Assembly (NCBI GenBank): GCA_021432655.1
Contig: MU271205.1
Span: 62,001-126,000, forward strand
Direction: 5' to 3'
Source: Atractiella rhizophila
Lineage: Eukaryota
DNA: 64,000 bases
In this document: positions 49,818-62,620 of the stretch, piece after piece
Position numbering within the stretch: position 1 is the stretch's first letter
Layout of the letters: each line of letters opens with the position of its first letter
The notes under the pieces: generated by a model
Told to the model about the DNA's origin: nothing
Database searches by the model: none
The model's input: only the letters and a program-made list of their open reading frames with translations
Made by a program: the position numbers and the translations under genes

Positions 49818-52031
49818 TTAGAATTTGGGAGCTTCGCTGTGAGCATCTCGAAAAAATCTCTTCAGTCCCTCTGGCGAGAGCGGGCCATTTCCTCTCCTAC
49901 ACTTTTCAAGATCAGTTGCCTCCACGACCGTCTGCCACAAATTCGAGTCAAGGCTGAAACCGGGATCAATGGACTCTGCCACTTGTTGAAAGTTTGTCAG
50001 AGCGTGTTCCTCCGCATCGTGATCGTAGAAGTCTCGAGTAGACAGCTTGAGGTCCTCCTTGTCCTTATCTGCGCTATCATGCCAATTCTTCCGCTAAGTG
50101 GATATTGATTGATTAGTAGGTAAAAGGAAAGAATATGAAAAGAGCAACATACCTGCATTTCACCGCTCTTCTGCGCGACGCGAACTCGCTCAAATCGTAG
50201 CTTTTCGAATATCTTCAAAGCCAAAGGAACGGATTCAGCTTTTGCACCCGCCAGTGCAAGAACAATGCCTAGTGTGGCTCCATCTTCAAATGCCTGCATA
50301 TTTCTCAGCATCACCTTTCCGGGTCTTCGAACGAGACGCGCACCTGACCGGCACCTTGAATGCTCGTAGGAAGGAAGGGGTGAGCTGGACTTTGTTAGTA
50401 AGAATAGAACCATATGAAATGGACTCACCTCCGTCTAAGTAGTTGAAGCACCATCTTAAGCCAAATTTTCTGTTAAGGAGCAGCAGCACCTACCACCTAA
50501 GAGAGCGATCTAGGGAATTTTAAGCACGCATTGGTATTAGATGAAGCCCTTACCTTGCCATTCTTGGAGATCCAAGTCGGTAAAGGATCACGGAAGCAGA
50601 GCTTCCAGTCCAGACATTCTTTGAAATGACCTATCAAAGCGCGAAGGGCGGGATCCCAACCCTCGATGTGCTTGAGGACATCGTCAGCCTACCTGTCAGA
50701 TTAGCGCGAAAGTGTACATGACGTCCTATCTCACCTTGCAAGGTTTATTCCAATTTTCTGCCGCATTTTCACTGCCTTCCTCTTTATGGGTTACCGCCTA
50801 GCATCACTAGTCAGAAACCGATTGTTTTTGGAGAAGATGACGGACGAATGAGCAACTCCCGTTGAAACTCGCCGCTGAGAGCATTTTGATATATCAGTCA
50901 GAAGTTGCCTGGCATGGAACCCACCAACTGCGTGTACATCTGGTCCAATCCAGGCACGACCAGTCTCATCTATCAAATGCCGACAAGCTGGGTCTTCCAT
51001 GAGCTCTTTGATTGGCATGGCTGCCCTGTAAGCTGCATAGCCCGAGGACTGCAAACCAAAGTTCAAACGTCTGAAGACGGAAATAATGGCGGAGAAGGCT
51101 GACCTGAGGAGCGTCTGGAAAATCAAGCACGACCTCCTTTGCACGACTTTTGATGCCATCAGCCGCTAATATGACCTGTTGGTGCATTACATGACGTAGT
51201 AAGAGAGAAATTGGCAGCTCACATCTGCTTCGATTCTGTCCCCCCGTTTTGTGATGACCCATGGTCGAGAACCTGGGATTCCATCTTCACCATCGAAATA
51301 CTGCTCAACGCGAACGCCAGTAAGAATTTTCACGCCAATCTCCTTTGCTTTATTGAACCAGATCCTTTGAAACTCTTCAGTGCAATGCGGTCAGTTGCGG
51401 ATGCGCACGAAATGAGGGCTCAAGCTTACCAGCTCTATGACCAGGGCATATGGGTGCTCCGAACTAGCCTGACTTGAGTATCTGTCTAATGCTGCCAGCC
51501 TTACTTACCTCAATCGCTCTAGAAACAGGTCAGATACAAACGGCACCAAATACAAATCAACTAACATGTTTCGATTATCCTCTTGAACCAATATCTTGCC
51601 GTGTAAATCTGAAGTGCCTTCAGTCAATACTCTCTCCAAGTTCAAATTCTACCTTTCGTAGTCCACCAACCTCCCTTTGCACTGGACGAATTTAGCAGCA
51701 TTCAGTGGCGAGCTCAAATCTACGCACCTGATCTTGTACATATCCTGAAATGAAGTTAGCCCCATCCTCTACTATTGGTATTGAAGTAGACCTACATCTC
51801 CAATATCCCATCGATAAAGCACTTTCACCGCGTTTGCCTTGAGATTCATTGTCAACGTCGGAAATGTCGCGTAAGCAAATAACATACGCCGAAACCTATG
51901 GCGTCTCCATACGGAGAAACACCTGATATCAATCGTTCCAGAAGTGTAACATCCATCCCCTGACGGCGGCAGGAGATGGCGGCTGAAAGCCCTCCAAAAC
52001 CTGCTCCAACGACGAGCACGGATAGAGGCAT
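49818..52031 (-). CDS. FAD-dependent monooxygenase (salicylate hydroxylase-like, FAD_binding_3); multi-exon
   Basis: MPLSVLVVGAGFGGLSAAISCRRQGMDVTLLE (GxGxxG), VILAADGIKSRA (DG motif), SSGYAAYRA, WKLCFRDPLPTWISK, AHPFLPTSIQGAGQ/AFEDGATL, ALKIFEKLRFERV. Confidence 0.92.
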
Positions 52032-52227
52032 TTTGATGCACGAGGACTCCTAAGGATTCTCGCTGGACCTACGCACTCATAAATGCTCTCGACCTGAGTG
52101 ACGATGCGGTACATAGGTTTTAGCTTTGTAATGAATTGGTGGAACTCTGCTGCTGATGCGGGGAACTGTGCTTAGGCTTAAGATTGCGATTGGTAGGAGA
52201 TGGCACCAGTCGAAGTCGTCAACAGTC

Positions 52228-54060
52228 ATGGGTTTACTCTCGAATCTGATCAAGGATATTCAGAAGCAGTCAGCAATAGTACTATCTGCTTTAGAGAAAG
52301 AACCGCACCTTGATGAGGCTGAAGTATTGTGAGCAACTTGGAAGCAGTTTCAAACAACTCATTGTTCCCTAGTCTAGAATGGGATATCGACACCCCAGAC
52401 TGGAAGACCTGGACCGCCATCCAGAATCTCATCACATCAACTAGAGCCCTCGAGGCAACTGTTACACCAACAAAGTTTCATTTATTTAACACTGGTAGAT
52501 GATATTTTCCGTCCAAAGGTTGGGGAGGATTAAAGCGTCATGTTTAGCGCATAAAATCCACGAGACATTCTCGTTGGGGGTTGTCGCTGAATTAGACGTT
52601 GCAGACAAGATCCAAAAACTTGAGGCAGCATCTGGAGAGCGAGGTATTAGGATCGAGGATCTAGCGAAAGAATGTGGAACAACCAGGATGAAACTCGGTG
52701 AGCAATCTCTAAACTCGGTAAATGCAGAAAGAAAAGAACGAGACAGACCCGGTAATGTCGCTGCTGACTCAAATCCACATCTTCACCGCTCCTGAGCCGC
52801 ACAAATATTCAAACAACAGACACTCGCTCGGCTTGCTCACCAACAATCCGCATGCCCCTTTCCCTGCGAAGCCGTATCTGACCGCTGGCCTCTTCGATAC
52901 AAGTTCGTGCGGTCCATCCCTTGTGCCAATGTTAAAATCATCATCGACCAATGCTTCCGTTGCGGCTCGGGACGCACCGTTTGGTCTGGCGAAAGGCCAA
53001 TCCATCTGGGAGTGGTGGCTGGACCCTAAAAGAACCACCCAGGAGAAAGAAAGGGTGGAAGTTGGTCCTGCTTGGCTGGTCACATTGACAATGTTTGGAG
53101 TAGCCAAAGATCTAGAATGGGAGAAGATCTGGGGAGACTCTCTCGTCATTGTCGACGTCGGGACGGGAGATGCTGAGAGGATGTCTAAGGTGGGTCACAC
53201 GACATCCTCTTTCCCTTCCAATGAAAAGCTAAATTCACTGGAATAAAACAAGGTGGGACCGATGTACGGCAACAGTACGATTAAGCGCATCATTTTGCAA
53301 GACATAGATGAGAAAGCGCTCGAGCGATGCATGTCGACGATGCAAGAAGTATGGGCAGATGGTGTCGCGAACAAACAAGTGGTGACACATCAACACGACT
53401 ACTTCCAACCTCAACCAGTCCTCACCTTCTCAGCTTCGGCAACACCAGCCGCAGGAAACAGACTGCCTTTGTTGACAAGCGAAGAAGATACCGTTATCTA
53501 CTTTTGCCGCGCCATCATTTCTGACTTGAGGGATGAAGAAGTGATATCATTCTTCAAAGCTTTGTATCCCGCATTCAAAGACCGAGAGCACCTCGGGCGG
53601 CATAAGACAAGACTACTCCTCAACGAATTGTTCCCAACGGCTGGGAAAAGCAGCTCAATGCCTTCGACAGAAGAAATAAACTTCCACACCGGTGGAGTAG
53701 GAAGACCCATCTCCACAAACGTGGTGCAAGGTATGCACAACCATCATCTTGTGTTGTCTGCTAATATAAACGCAGATCCTCAGCCAGGCTGGATACTGGT
53801 AAGGCATCACATCCCCTCTTGCAAAGACTGATTGGAGGAAAAAATAGGGCTGTCACACCATGGAACGCGCTTGCAGGTAAGTTCGCCGTAACATTCAAAG
53901 AAAAACGGGGTTGATGCCGCACATTGTCAGTACTCTCCTTGGAGGAATACAACGAACTCGACAGCAAGTGGAAGAGTTGCTACAACAGGCTGGATTCCGC
54001 TTGGTAAGGATGTGGGAGCATAGAGCTTTCCCCATGACAGCCGAAGCAGAGCTGGCTTGA
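52228..54060 (+). CDS. Fungal O-methyltransferase-fold protein (Methyltransf_2 with winged-helix dimerisation domain); multi-exon
   Basis: SLGVVAELDVADKI..IRIEDLAKECG, YSNNRHS, IVDVGTG, IILQD, HQHDYFQPQP, YFCRAIISDLRDEEV, LLLNE, QRTRQQVEELLQQAGFRL. Confidence 0.88.
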
Positions 54061-54278
54061 ATTGAAGATACAAGGGTCCCTTGAACAGCCCACCATGTCT
54101 GGCATCTGATTGAACCAAAAAATGAATCCTCACGATCACATTCCATTTTCATTACCCCTCCTTCCTGCAGCTACCACTGCCACTCCCCATAAATAATATC
54201 CATAAGCTACTTTTGATGATCCGCTTCTCCACCCCACCTTGCAGCCCGAGAAGAGGAAGGGACGAAGTACGCAGGTGT

Positions 54279-56033
54279 TTATCTCCTCTTGACCATCTTA
54301 CTCTGAGCCTTCTTCATATCCTTCGCCTTCTTCTTCTCATCAAACTTCTTCTGCTGAGCCGGGCTCATGGCATTATACCTATCTTCCTCCGCTTCTGAGA
54401 ACGTGAAGCGACAATCTTGAGTCAATAGAAATAGAGGTAAGGAAAAGCGCACTCTTCCTATCCGCTCGCTTCTTCTCATCGGCTTCTTCCTTCGCATATT
54501 TCTTATTTTCAGCCTGCAATTCCTCTTCCGCCTCTGCCCTGTTCTCCTTCTACAAACAAACAAATTTACGTCGTTAACCACATCAGAAAAACAGAGAGAT
54601 AGCGAGAACATACCAATTTCTTCACGGATTCTGGGGTGAGACGCATGCGATCAATGACATCGACGAGGTTGCATGCGAGCTGGACGAAAGGTAAGGTGTC
54701 CAGAGTGGCGGAGGAGGGAGGAAGGCGTAAAGTGAGCGTGAGAGTTCGAAGGTCGCGAGGGAGGACGGGTTCTTCTCCTTTCGGTTCCACTGGGCCTACG
54801 TCCGAGACGATCTACTCCCAGACAAGCAATCGGTCAGCAAGGCCAAAGCGAGGAGAGAATAGGAGAACGAGACGCACCAAGCTCTCGAAGTAGTCGAGGG
54901 AGATTTGGGAAAATACTTCGAGGATGCCGACGTTTTGAGCTTTGTTGGGATGGATGAAAGAGTTAACAATGTCTCCGTGCTCCGAGAAGATCATGAGCTG
55001 ATTGTTGAACGTCGCTTCCGTCTCTTTCGTCGCCAGAGCTCTCTGTCCCTTCGTCAGCAAAGAATCCAACAGGAAAAGACGTGAAGACGACTTACGAGAT
55101 CGTACCTCTCGTCACGCGTCAGTGTAATGTTGTTCTTATTCACGATTCCCCATACGAAACCAGTTTCAAGAGCGGACGGCTTCAATTTAAAGGTCAAAAT
55201 CTGCGCAATTTACTTCAATTACTGCTCATGGATCACGGCAATGAAGGAAAACGTACGACTTTATCCTTCGTTCCCTCAAACGAAAAATCCAAAACACTCC
55301 TCAGCGTCTCATACGCCAGCGTGAGGAGATCATCTCTCGGCTTCAGTTCGACCTCAATGAGGAGGCCATCGCACCCTCTCCTCCCCGTAGCCCAAGAGAC
55401 ATACTTGCTCGACGAATCCTGCATGATCGCATTGTCGCCTCCCTTCCACATTCCGCTCTCGAGCTTCCCGACCCCAATAGCTGCAAATTGAGTCTTGAGG
55501 TACTTTCCGTGTCCTTCTACCCACGTCGTGGCCTTCTTGCTGTTGATGGACGTCCCATAGCGAGTGAGGAGGAGGTAGAAACCCATAGCGAGGAGTGCAA
55601 GACCTTCTTGCTTGAACAGTCCTGGCCGGACCAGGCTGCAGTTCTTTTCTCAGAGAGTTCCTCCGAAGTAAGTACAATGAGACATACAAGTTCTTCCATC
55701 GATATTCGTACCCCTCGTAGGGCTCAGAAGTAGCAACAGGTTCCTCTGCTTCTCCAGCACCGTTCGAGCTCGAGAACGGAATCGGGGACGGCGGAGGGAC
55801 ATTGTCGTCTTCACCGAACGGGTCAGACGCTCCAGAGGCAACAGCAGGGGGTGAAGCAGGCGCGGCTGGGGCTTCGTCTACTGCATCCCAAGGTCACAAC
55901 CCAGTCCTATTTGCAAATGTACGAGAAGGTTGCACTCGCCTGGAGACACGACCGCTTGCCCGTTTGAGACGCCCGACAGCCCCAAGAAGGCTACAAGCCA
56001 TAAAGCAACCCAGATACTCTTCAGCTGCAGCAT
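54279..56033 (-). CDS. CCDC47 / DUF1682 family ER membrane protein (PAT complex subunit); multi-exon
   Basis: Signal peptide MLQLKSIWVALWLVAFLG, TM followed by GTSINSKKATTWV..LKTQFAAIG, YVSWATGRRG..VELKPRDDL, MIFSEHGD, and a basic coiled-coil tail (YNAMSPAQQKKFDEKKKAKDMKK). Confidence 0.88.
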
Positions 56034-56224
56034 CTTTCTTGTCGCCTTCTGCGTGAAGTCAAACGCGTGCGTGGAACTTTTCGACGAAGTTGATGCAAGA
56101 AACAAATGCGGAGATCATCAACAAGGCATCAACCGCATCAACCATCCTCAACGTCTTGAAAAGCCACAAAATTTTATAAACTGCCATCTGCTTTCGTCTG
56201 AATAGCTTCGATTCCTCTTAAGAA

Positions 56225-57280
56225 ATGGCGATCGACGTTGCTGCCCTTGAATCCTTCCTCGCTGACAAGTCTTACATCGAAGGGTATGTTTTTTCATTGA
56301 ATCTGGAGCGAGTTAGAGGAGATGAAATGATGAGATGAAGCTTTGGTCCGTGTTTCTGATTGGGAAGTAAGACGCCCGTCAAAAATTGAAGAACAAGTAT
56401 ACCAAGCCCTCTGATTCTCCCAAAGCTCCTTTCTACCTTTTTCAAAAAAATATCTAGAGCAATCTGGCTGATCTCTCATTTTTGATTGGCTAGCTTCCAG
56501 CCCTCTCAAGCCGATGTAGCGGTCTTCAAAGCTCTTGGGAGCGCTCCGAAGACGCAGAACGCATTGAGGTGGTACAACCACATCGCGTCGTACGAGAGCG
56601 AATTCGGCTCTTTCCCTGGCGACAGCAAAAAATCTGGCGAATCCTACATCCCCTCTTCCTCCGCTGCTCCCGCCGCTGCAGCTGAAGGAGGAGACGACGA
56701 CGACATGGACTTTTTTGGATCTGACGATGAGGAGGTCGATGAGGAGGCGGAGGCGTTGAAGAAGAAGAGGTTGGAAGAGTATGCGGCGAAGAAGGCGGGC
56801 AAGGTTAAGCCTGTCGCTAAGGTTTGTTTCTCGTTGCGTTGCCTCTAAGAATGTGAGCATGATCTGATGAAATGGCGTCCGTTAGAGCTTGGTCACTCTG
56901 GACGTAAAGCCCTGGGACGATGAGACCCCGATGGACAAGTTGGAGGCAGCTGTGCGATCCGTCCAAAAGGACGGTTTGGTCTGGGGTCTCTCCAAACTTG
57001 GTACGCTCGTCACTTACCCTTGCTGACTCGCCCATCGAGCTCATACGATGGCATGGACTACAGTCCCCGTCGGATACGGAGTGAGCAAGCTGCAGATCTC
57101 CCTCGTCGTCGAAGACGAGAAGGTGTCCTTGGACGAACTTCAGGAGCAGATCGCTGAGTTTGAGGATTACGTTCAAAGCTCGGACATCCAAGTACGTCAC
57201 CTCCTTATTTTTACTGATGCAGAGATAAGAATTTGACTGATTTTTCTTTGCGTCGCGAACAGGCTATGCAGAAGATTTAG
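56225..57280 (+). CDS. EFB1: Translation elongation factor 1-beta; 5 exons
   Basis: [96 protein letters not shown]. Confidence 0.97.
56322..56418 (+). ncRNA. SNR18: Box C/D snoRNA U18 (snR18) in EF-1beta intron 1
   Basis: Box C ATGATGA at 56327-56333. The guide TTGGTCCGTGTTT plus D' CTGA (56356-56359) is complementary to LSU rRNA AAACACGGACCAA. Box D CTGA is at 56411-56414 with flanking GGAGA/TCTCC stem. Yeast snR18 is likewise hosted in the EFB1 intron. Confidence 0.92.
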
Positions 57281-57794
57281 ATGCCGACAATGGTTGTAAA
57301 GTTAACAAACCTGTCAAATGGGATTATGTTGTAGCACACTCAGAATTGCAAAGTCTGTTCGGGGTCATACCACCTCCTGTCATGGTATCCAAGCGCATCC
57401 ATGCTTTGTGACCCTCTACATCCGTTGTTTTCCTTTCCCGTGCTTGCTTCTAGCTGCTACTCCCTCAAACTTTGAGGATTGAAGTGGGGCGGGCTGGATT
57501 CGAGTCCCGAAGGCAATGTTCAATGTTACTATTCAATCCACGTTAGCGAAGTTTTAGGGCCTGATTCAGAATTCACTGCAGTGATTAATATCAGGGAGTG
57601 TTGGCTCATTGCGTCGCCAATATATGCAACGGTAGAGAAGAAGAGATGGAGATGTCGTGCTGTCTGGTGCTTGATGTCTGCTCAAGGTTTCAAGGCAATA
57701 TTACTACTACGTTATTTATTTGATTCCGTCATTGATAATTTCTTTCTTCCGCTTTCCGCTACTGTTTGAGATCAATGTAAGATCCTCTAAATAG

Positions 57795-58655
57795 TTACAA
57801 AACTTGTTTGACTCTCCCATCCTGGAGCTAAATTAACTGTCAGCAATAGTTCTTGACAAGATAAAGAAACAATCGAAAAAACGGACCTGATAAATGAATC
57901 CCACAATCTCCGTTTCTGGGTCCACGAGCGGATGGGCTTTCAAGAAGGCCACGTCCTCCTTCAGACTCTCCTCCAGATTAGAGAAAGGAAGCAACGCGAG
58001 TTCAGTTAAATGTTCTTCAGCCGCCGATCCCAACCTCTGGACGAGTAAGTCCTTCGCTTGAGGTTCTTCGAACGTCAGCTAGTCAGTCCCAAGCCTTCTT
58101 TAGAGGTTCATAGGAGAATGATACCAAAAACGTACCATCCCGCAATCTTTTTCATCCATCCTCAATTTGAATTTTTCGAGAATTTAAAGATAAAAGACGA
58201 ACCCGAGTGACGGAAAATAGCAATTTTACGTGCACCTTGGTGCCGGATTCAGGTTCAATACATACCAGAGTAGGAGAGAGAGGGACAGGAGACTCACCCA
58301 AAAGTTGAGAGAGGACTATAGACCTTATGGCATCTTTAGCTAACCCTCCAGCATTTCTAATGATATGTGCTTCGCCTTCGACAAGTCCCAGGTCTGATTA
58401 CGGCTACAGTCAGGCTTTGTTTATTCACAGATGTCAAACTTACTCGCGAGTGGATCGAGGCGAGCATCCATGCCTGCCACCTCTCGTTAGCCTTCTCACA
58501 CTATGAGTGACAAAACGTTCACAAGTGAGAACAATAAGTTGCTTAGACGGAGGTATACTATCCAACTTGCCAGCCGTCCTTTGACGGTGCTCGTTCTCTG
58601 CGTACTTCTGATTTGCATTCAGAATGTCCTGTGGAAAAGTACTGATGGCTGCCAT
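57795..58655 (-). CDS. Beta-class carbonic anhydrase (clade D-like); ~7 exons
   Basis: ILNANQKYA, LIVLTC/MDARLDP, GEAHIIRNAGG, IAIFRHS/DCGM (CxD..HxxC zinc ligands), FSNLEESLKEDVAFLKAHPLV..IVGFIYQ/LQDGRVKQVL*. Confidence 0.92.
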
Positions 58656-59617
58656 CTGGAATACGCTCGAGTGCGGTTGATTGGAGTAAAGTAGATGTGG
58701 ATGGGATAACGAGTTGTCTGCTGGGTTCTTATAGGTACCAGCAATCCAGTATCCCATCATCGACTGCTATTTCGACTTTCCGCATGTTACTGTTATTAGT
58801 ATCTTGGTATGGGGAACCTGCCACTACAAACAAAATTATCATGGCTTTCAACAACCGGTTCTAGACTATAAGCATGGTATCGGTGGTCATCTTCCTATTC
58901 CCGCTTGATATCAGTGGAGAGCGACGTTCTAAGAAAGAATCATGTTTGTTCGGCTCTGGCATGTACTATGGAAGGCGAAGCTTCAAAACACAACTTTTAC
59001 GACAACTTTGTCGTCGCAAATTTACCCAGTCCAAGCATCGTCCCCAGGTAGGTCGAAGCCTATCCATCCAGGTGTGATTACATGTTCCACCGAATCAATA
59101 CTATTGGTAATTTTCTTCAGTCATAAACTATTGTCTCAGCCATGATTTCTGCATGTGGAAAACTGGCCTGAGGAGCCTGAAAGATAATTCACTGCATTTT
59201 TAAACGCAGTAGCTTGATTGCAAAGATGAAAGGTGGCCGTCTGCAGATTTCTAGGCAGCTCAAGCTCGATTAACCCTATTGCACTGGAGAAACAGACAAG
59301 TGTGCAATATTGACTCTTGAGTACTCACAACACGGAATTCACACCACACTTACAGTGAATACTACATAGTACAACTTGCTGTGGACATAACTCGGAAGAT
59401 CCGGGTTGAACTTTTTGTTTCCTTTCAGACATTCAAATCTCGCAGCAAAGCGTATTTATTAAGCTGTCAGCAGCAGCAAATTCGAGATAGTTCACCCCAA
59501 ACTACGGGTTCAAGATAACTTAACCCAGGAAAGGTGGTTGACACATTGATATGTCACTCTTGTACCAATTGTTAGGCTCCGTAAAATTATAAGCATCTAT
59601 CCTCTCTCACTACGGGT

Positions 59618-61121
59618 CTACTCCGCCTGACTCTTCTTCGCCCTGGCCCTCTTAACCAGCTCATGTTTCGGCACCCTCTTCTTCCCCTCCTCCACCGCAC
59701 CCTCCTTCTCCCACGCCTCCTGCAACAACACCTCCTCCGCCTCCTCCTCTGCAATCTCCCTCGGTCGGGGCTTCGAGAAGTCCACGTCCATGGAGAGGAG
59801 GTCGTCCGCTTCTCCTCCCTCAGCTTCAACTTCCGTGGTGGCCTCTGATGCAGCGGACTGTACGGGTTCGATGGATGATTTTTCGGAAGGTATGGAAGCT
59901 GGGGTCGGGTATCCATCTGGCTTTGGAGCGGTTTCGCGTACAACGTCAGATGATAGGAGAGAGGCTGGCGCGTCCGTATCTGCCGTATTGATGGAAGATT
60001 GTGCGGGGATAGGAGGGATGGGTGTTCCCATCTCGTCGTTGGAGTCGAATGGTTGGCCTTCCTCGAACGACCATGCTTGTTCCAAGTCGTCTTCCATACT
60101 TTGAGCGAGGGAAACCTGTTCACCAACTTGTGCATCCGTTCTCTCCCTTTGCTCTGCCTCTAACCCATCCTCCACCGCACCCCTCTGAGCCTCTAATGCC
60201 TTCCTATCCTCCTCCGCCATCCCCATAAGCATCATCGGATCCTCTCCTCTCTCCCTCGCCTCCTCTTCCAACACCTTATAATCCCTCCTCCTATCATACC
60301 CCCTCATCTTCCCCCTCTCCAAATACTCGTCCACCGACACCCTCTCCTTCTCCGTCTCGTCCAACAAGCTCCTCGACCGCTTCCCTTTCTCTGTAACCAC
60401 ACCCGAGGCGGAAATAACCTTGCCTTCCCATTGAGCGAGACCACGGTCTTCGGCGCGAACGAAACGGTCGATGGGCGAGGAGAAGACGACGCCGTAGGAT
60501 TCGGCTTCCATTTGTGAGTAGATGGAGCTGAGGGATTGAGAGACGAGGAGTGCGTTGGAGTCGTCCATCGCTTTTCGGTAGGCAGCGTTCAGGGAGAGAG
60601 GAGAGGGCGAGTGTTTGTGTAAATAGAGAGCGTAGGCGATGGTACTAGCCATGCAACAAACCTTTCAACCAAAAAGATCCAGAGGTATGAAGAAAAACGT
60701 ACAGCTCAGGTCCTGGCTTCAGAGACAATTTTTCAAGCTTCACCACCTCCATATCCCTCATCCTATCCAACCAAGCACCAGCCGTAGTCTCCATCTCACC
60801 CACCTTCTCCCCTTCCACCAAGCTCCTCGTCCTATACCCCTCCCAAGGTCTATCCCTAAAATACGCTCTCCGAATGATATCTTCATCATGAACGACCTTC
60901 ACCGGTCTAAACTTCTTCCTCGAAGAGTACTTTTTGGGGTATGGTAGGCCGTCGACCAGGACATGTGTCTGTGGTAGGTCCAGCGGTGGGCGTGGGACTG
61001 GCTTGTGCTGGTACGTGAGCGGTGGTGGGTGCAGAAGGGCAGCACGCGCCCAGAGTGGCTGAGGAGCGTGTGGACGGAGAGTTAGTGGTAGTGTCGAGGG
61101 AGAGCGTCGCAGGGAGGCCAT
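59618..61121 (-). CDS. RSM25: Mitochondrial small ribosomal subunit protein mS23 (Rsm25) with acidic C-terminal extension; 2 exons
   Basis: PLWARAALLHPP..FRPVKVVHDEDIIRRAYFRDRPWEGYRTRSLVE..PGPE/STIAYALYLHK..LNAAYRKA..EAESYGVVF matches the fungal Rsm25 pattern. Confidence 0.8.
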
Positions 61122-62049
61122 TTTTGTTTTCTCTCTTCGCAAAAGTTGACGGAGAGGATTAGAACATGATTACATGCATAGTCTCTCGAAACCAAAAGCA
61201 ATCAAGCTGATAATCGCAATAGGTCCAAATGACTGTTAGCTACGACATGCACAACTTTCAAATCAGGAGCGTTTGATATATGCTTGGTAGAATTAGATGA
61301 ATAAAGTGATAACCTTGAGATGGATTAGAACAGGTAGTTGAGGACAGTCTGCAAGGCTGGATAACTGTGAGCAGTCCTTCGTCCTCTCAAAGAATTCCAG
61401 GAAAACAGGTTACACCAGTGACCAGTTTTCATTGAAAAAGCTCGTTGAACATCCCAGGTGTGCGCTGAGCACAGCGTGAGCATGTCCGCTCTGAGAGCCA
61501 AAGGCACGGCACTCACTACGCAACTTTCACCATTCAATTCTGTTGGTTGCAAGTTCAAGAGCATTTCTCCCAATAATTCTGAGTCTGATGTAAGAATCGA
61601 GCAATCGATTTTATTTGGCAAATAATGCCAGCGGAGCGAATGGTGCTTGAGCAATGAGAGTGCAAATGCTGATCCATGAATATTACGAACAATGTAGAAG
61701 ATTAAATATCATTGTCGGTGCGCTCATTTGTGCAAGTAGACACTTCCAAGAGATGCGGGAAACCCTGTTGCACTCGCATGCTTTCCACCCCAATGCTCTC
61801 GCAAACTGAAACGTGTTGGTGTTGGAATATTTGAGACCCGTCATGTCCGCTCTGCAAAAGTACTGTAGCTCTTGCAATGCAAAATGGATAACAGTTCTTT
61901 ATAATTGGCCCAGAATTCATAAACGAGGTACACGTTACAGAAGGAAGACCGTGGAACCATTCAAACTCAGACAGTCGCACCAAAACCAAAAACATTGAAG
62001 TTTTCACGCGAAGGCAGATTCGATGTGAATTCTGCCATGCTTTGTTAGA

Positions 62050-62620
62050 ACATACAAGCAAGAAGAGGAAGAGTCCAATAAAGATCGAAGCAATTGAAGC
62101 TACGAGAAACATTGACCCCTATCATTACAAGCTTCCTCCGATCAGATCATCGAGCACACAGACGACGGTTGTGACTGGTTTGTCGTTCTCGATGTCCCAG
62201 CACCGAGGAGGAGAGCTGGATGCAAAGCAGACAGCTCAGTGTTCCGCCGACGTAGGCGAAAAGATATGCTCACGCGCAATACTGGATCAGATCTGCAAGT
62301 CTTTGATCAGCGGAGATCAAGTCCCGAAAGCTAAGGCACTGACCGTCGAGATATGTCCTCATGTCACCCGTACGATATTGTCTTATATTCCCGTCCCACG
62401 TAACGTTAAAGGTGAATCCGCTCAAGCAGTTTTGGCAATATCTCGCTGCTGATATCGTATTGGAACTACATGCCCCAGCTGTTACACCGTTACAGTTCTG
62501 TGAGCATTGGAGCGCCCCAGCGGTCCCCATCCCTGTATTGAATTGAGGCTGGGGAAGTGAAAGAGCAAAGTCGAAGAAGAAAGCACGAAGCAAGACTTTT
62601 GTTACTCGCTTCGACAACAT
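62050..62620 (-). CDS. Hypothetical Cys-rich surface/membrane protein (3' end unresolved)
   Basis: Possible signal peptide and Cys-rich segment (CSQNC..C..CQNC..C..YC), intron gtgagc..ccag, SPPRCWDIEND, then hydrophobic FLVASIASIFIGLFLFLL. Confidence 0.45.
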
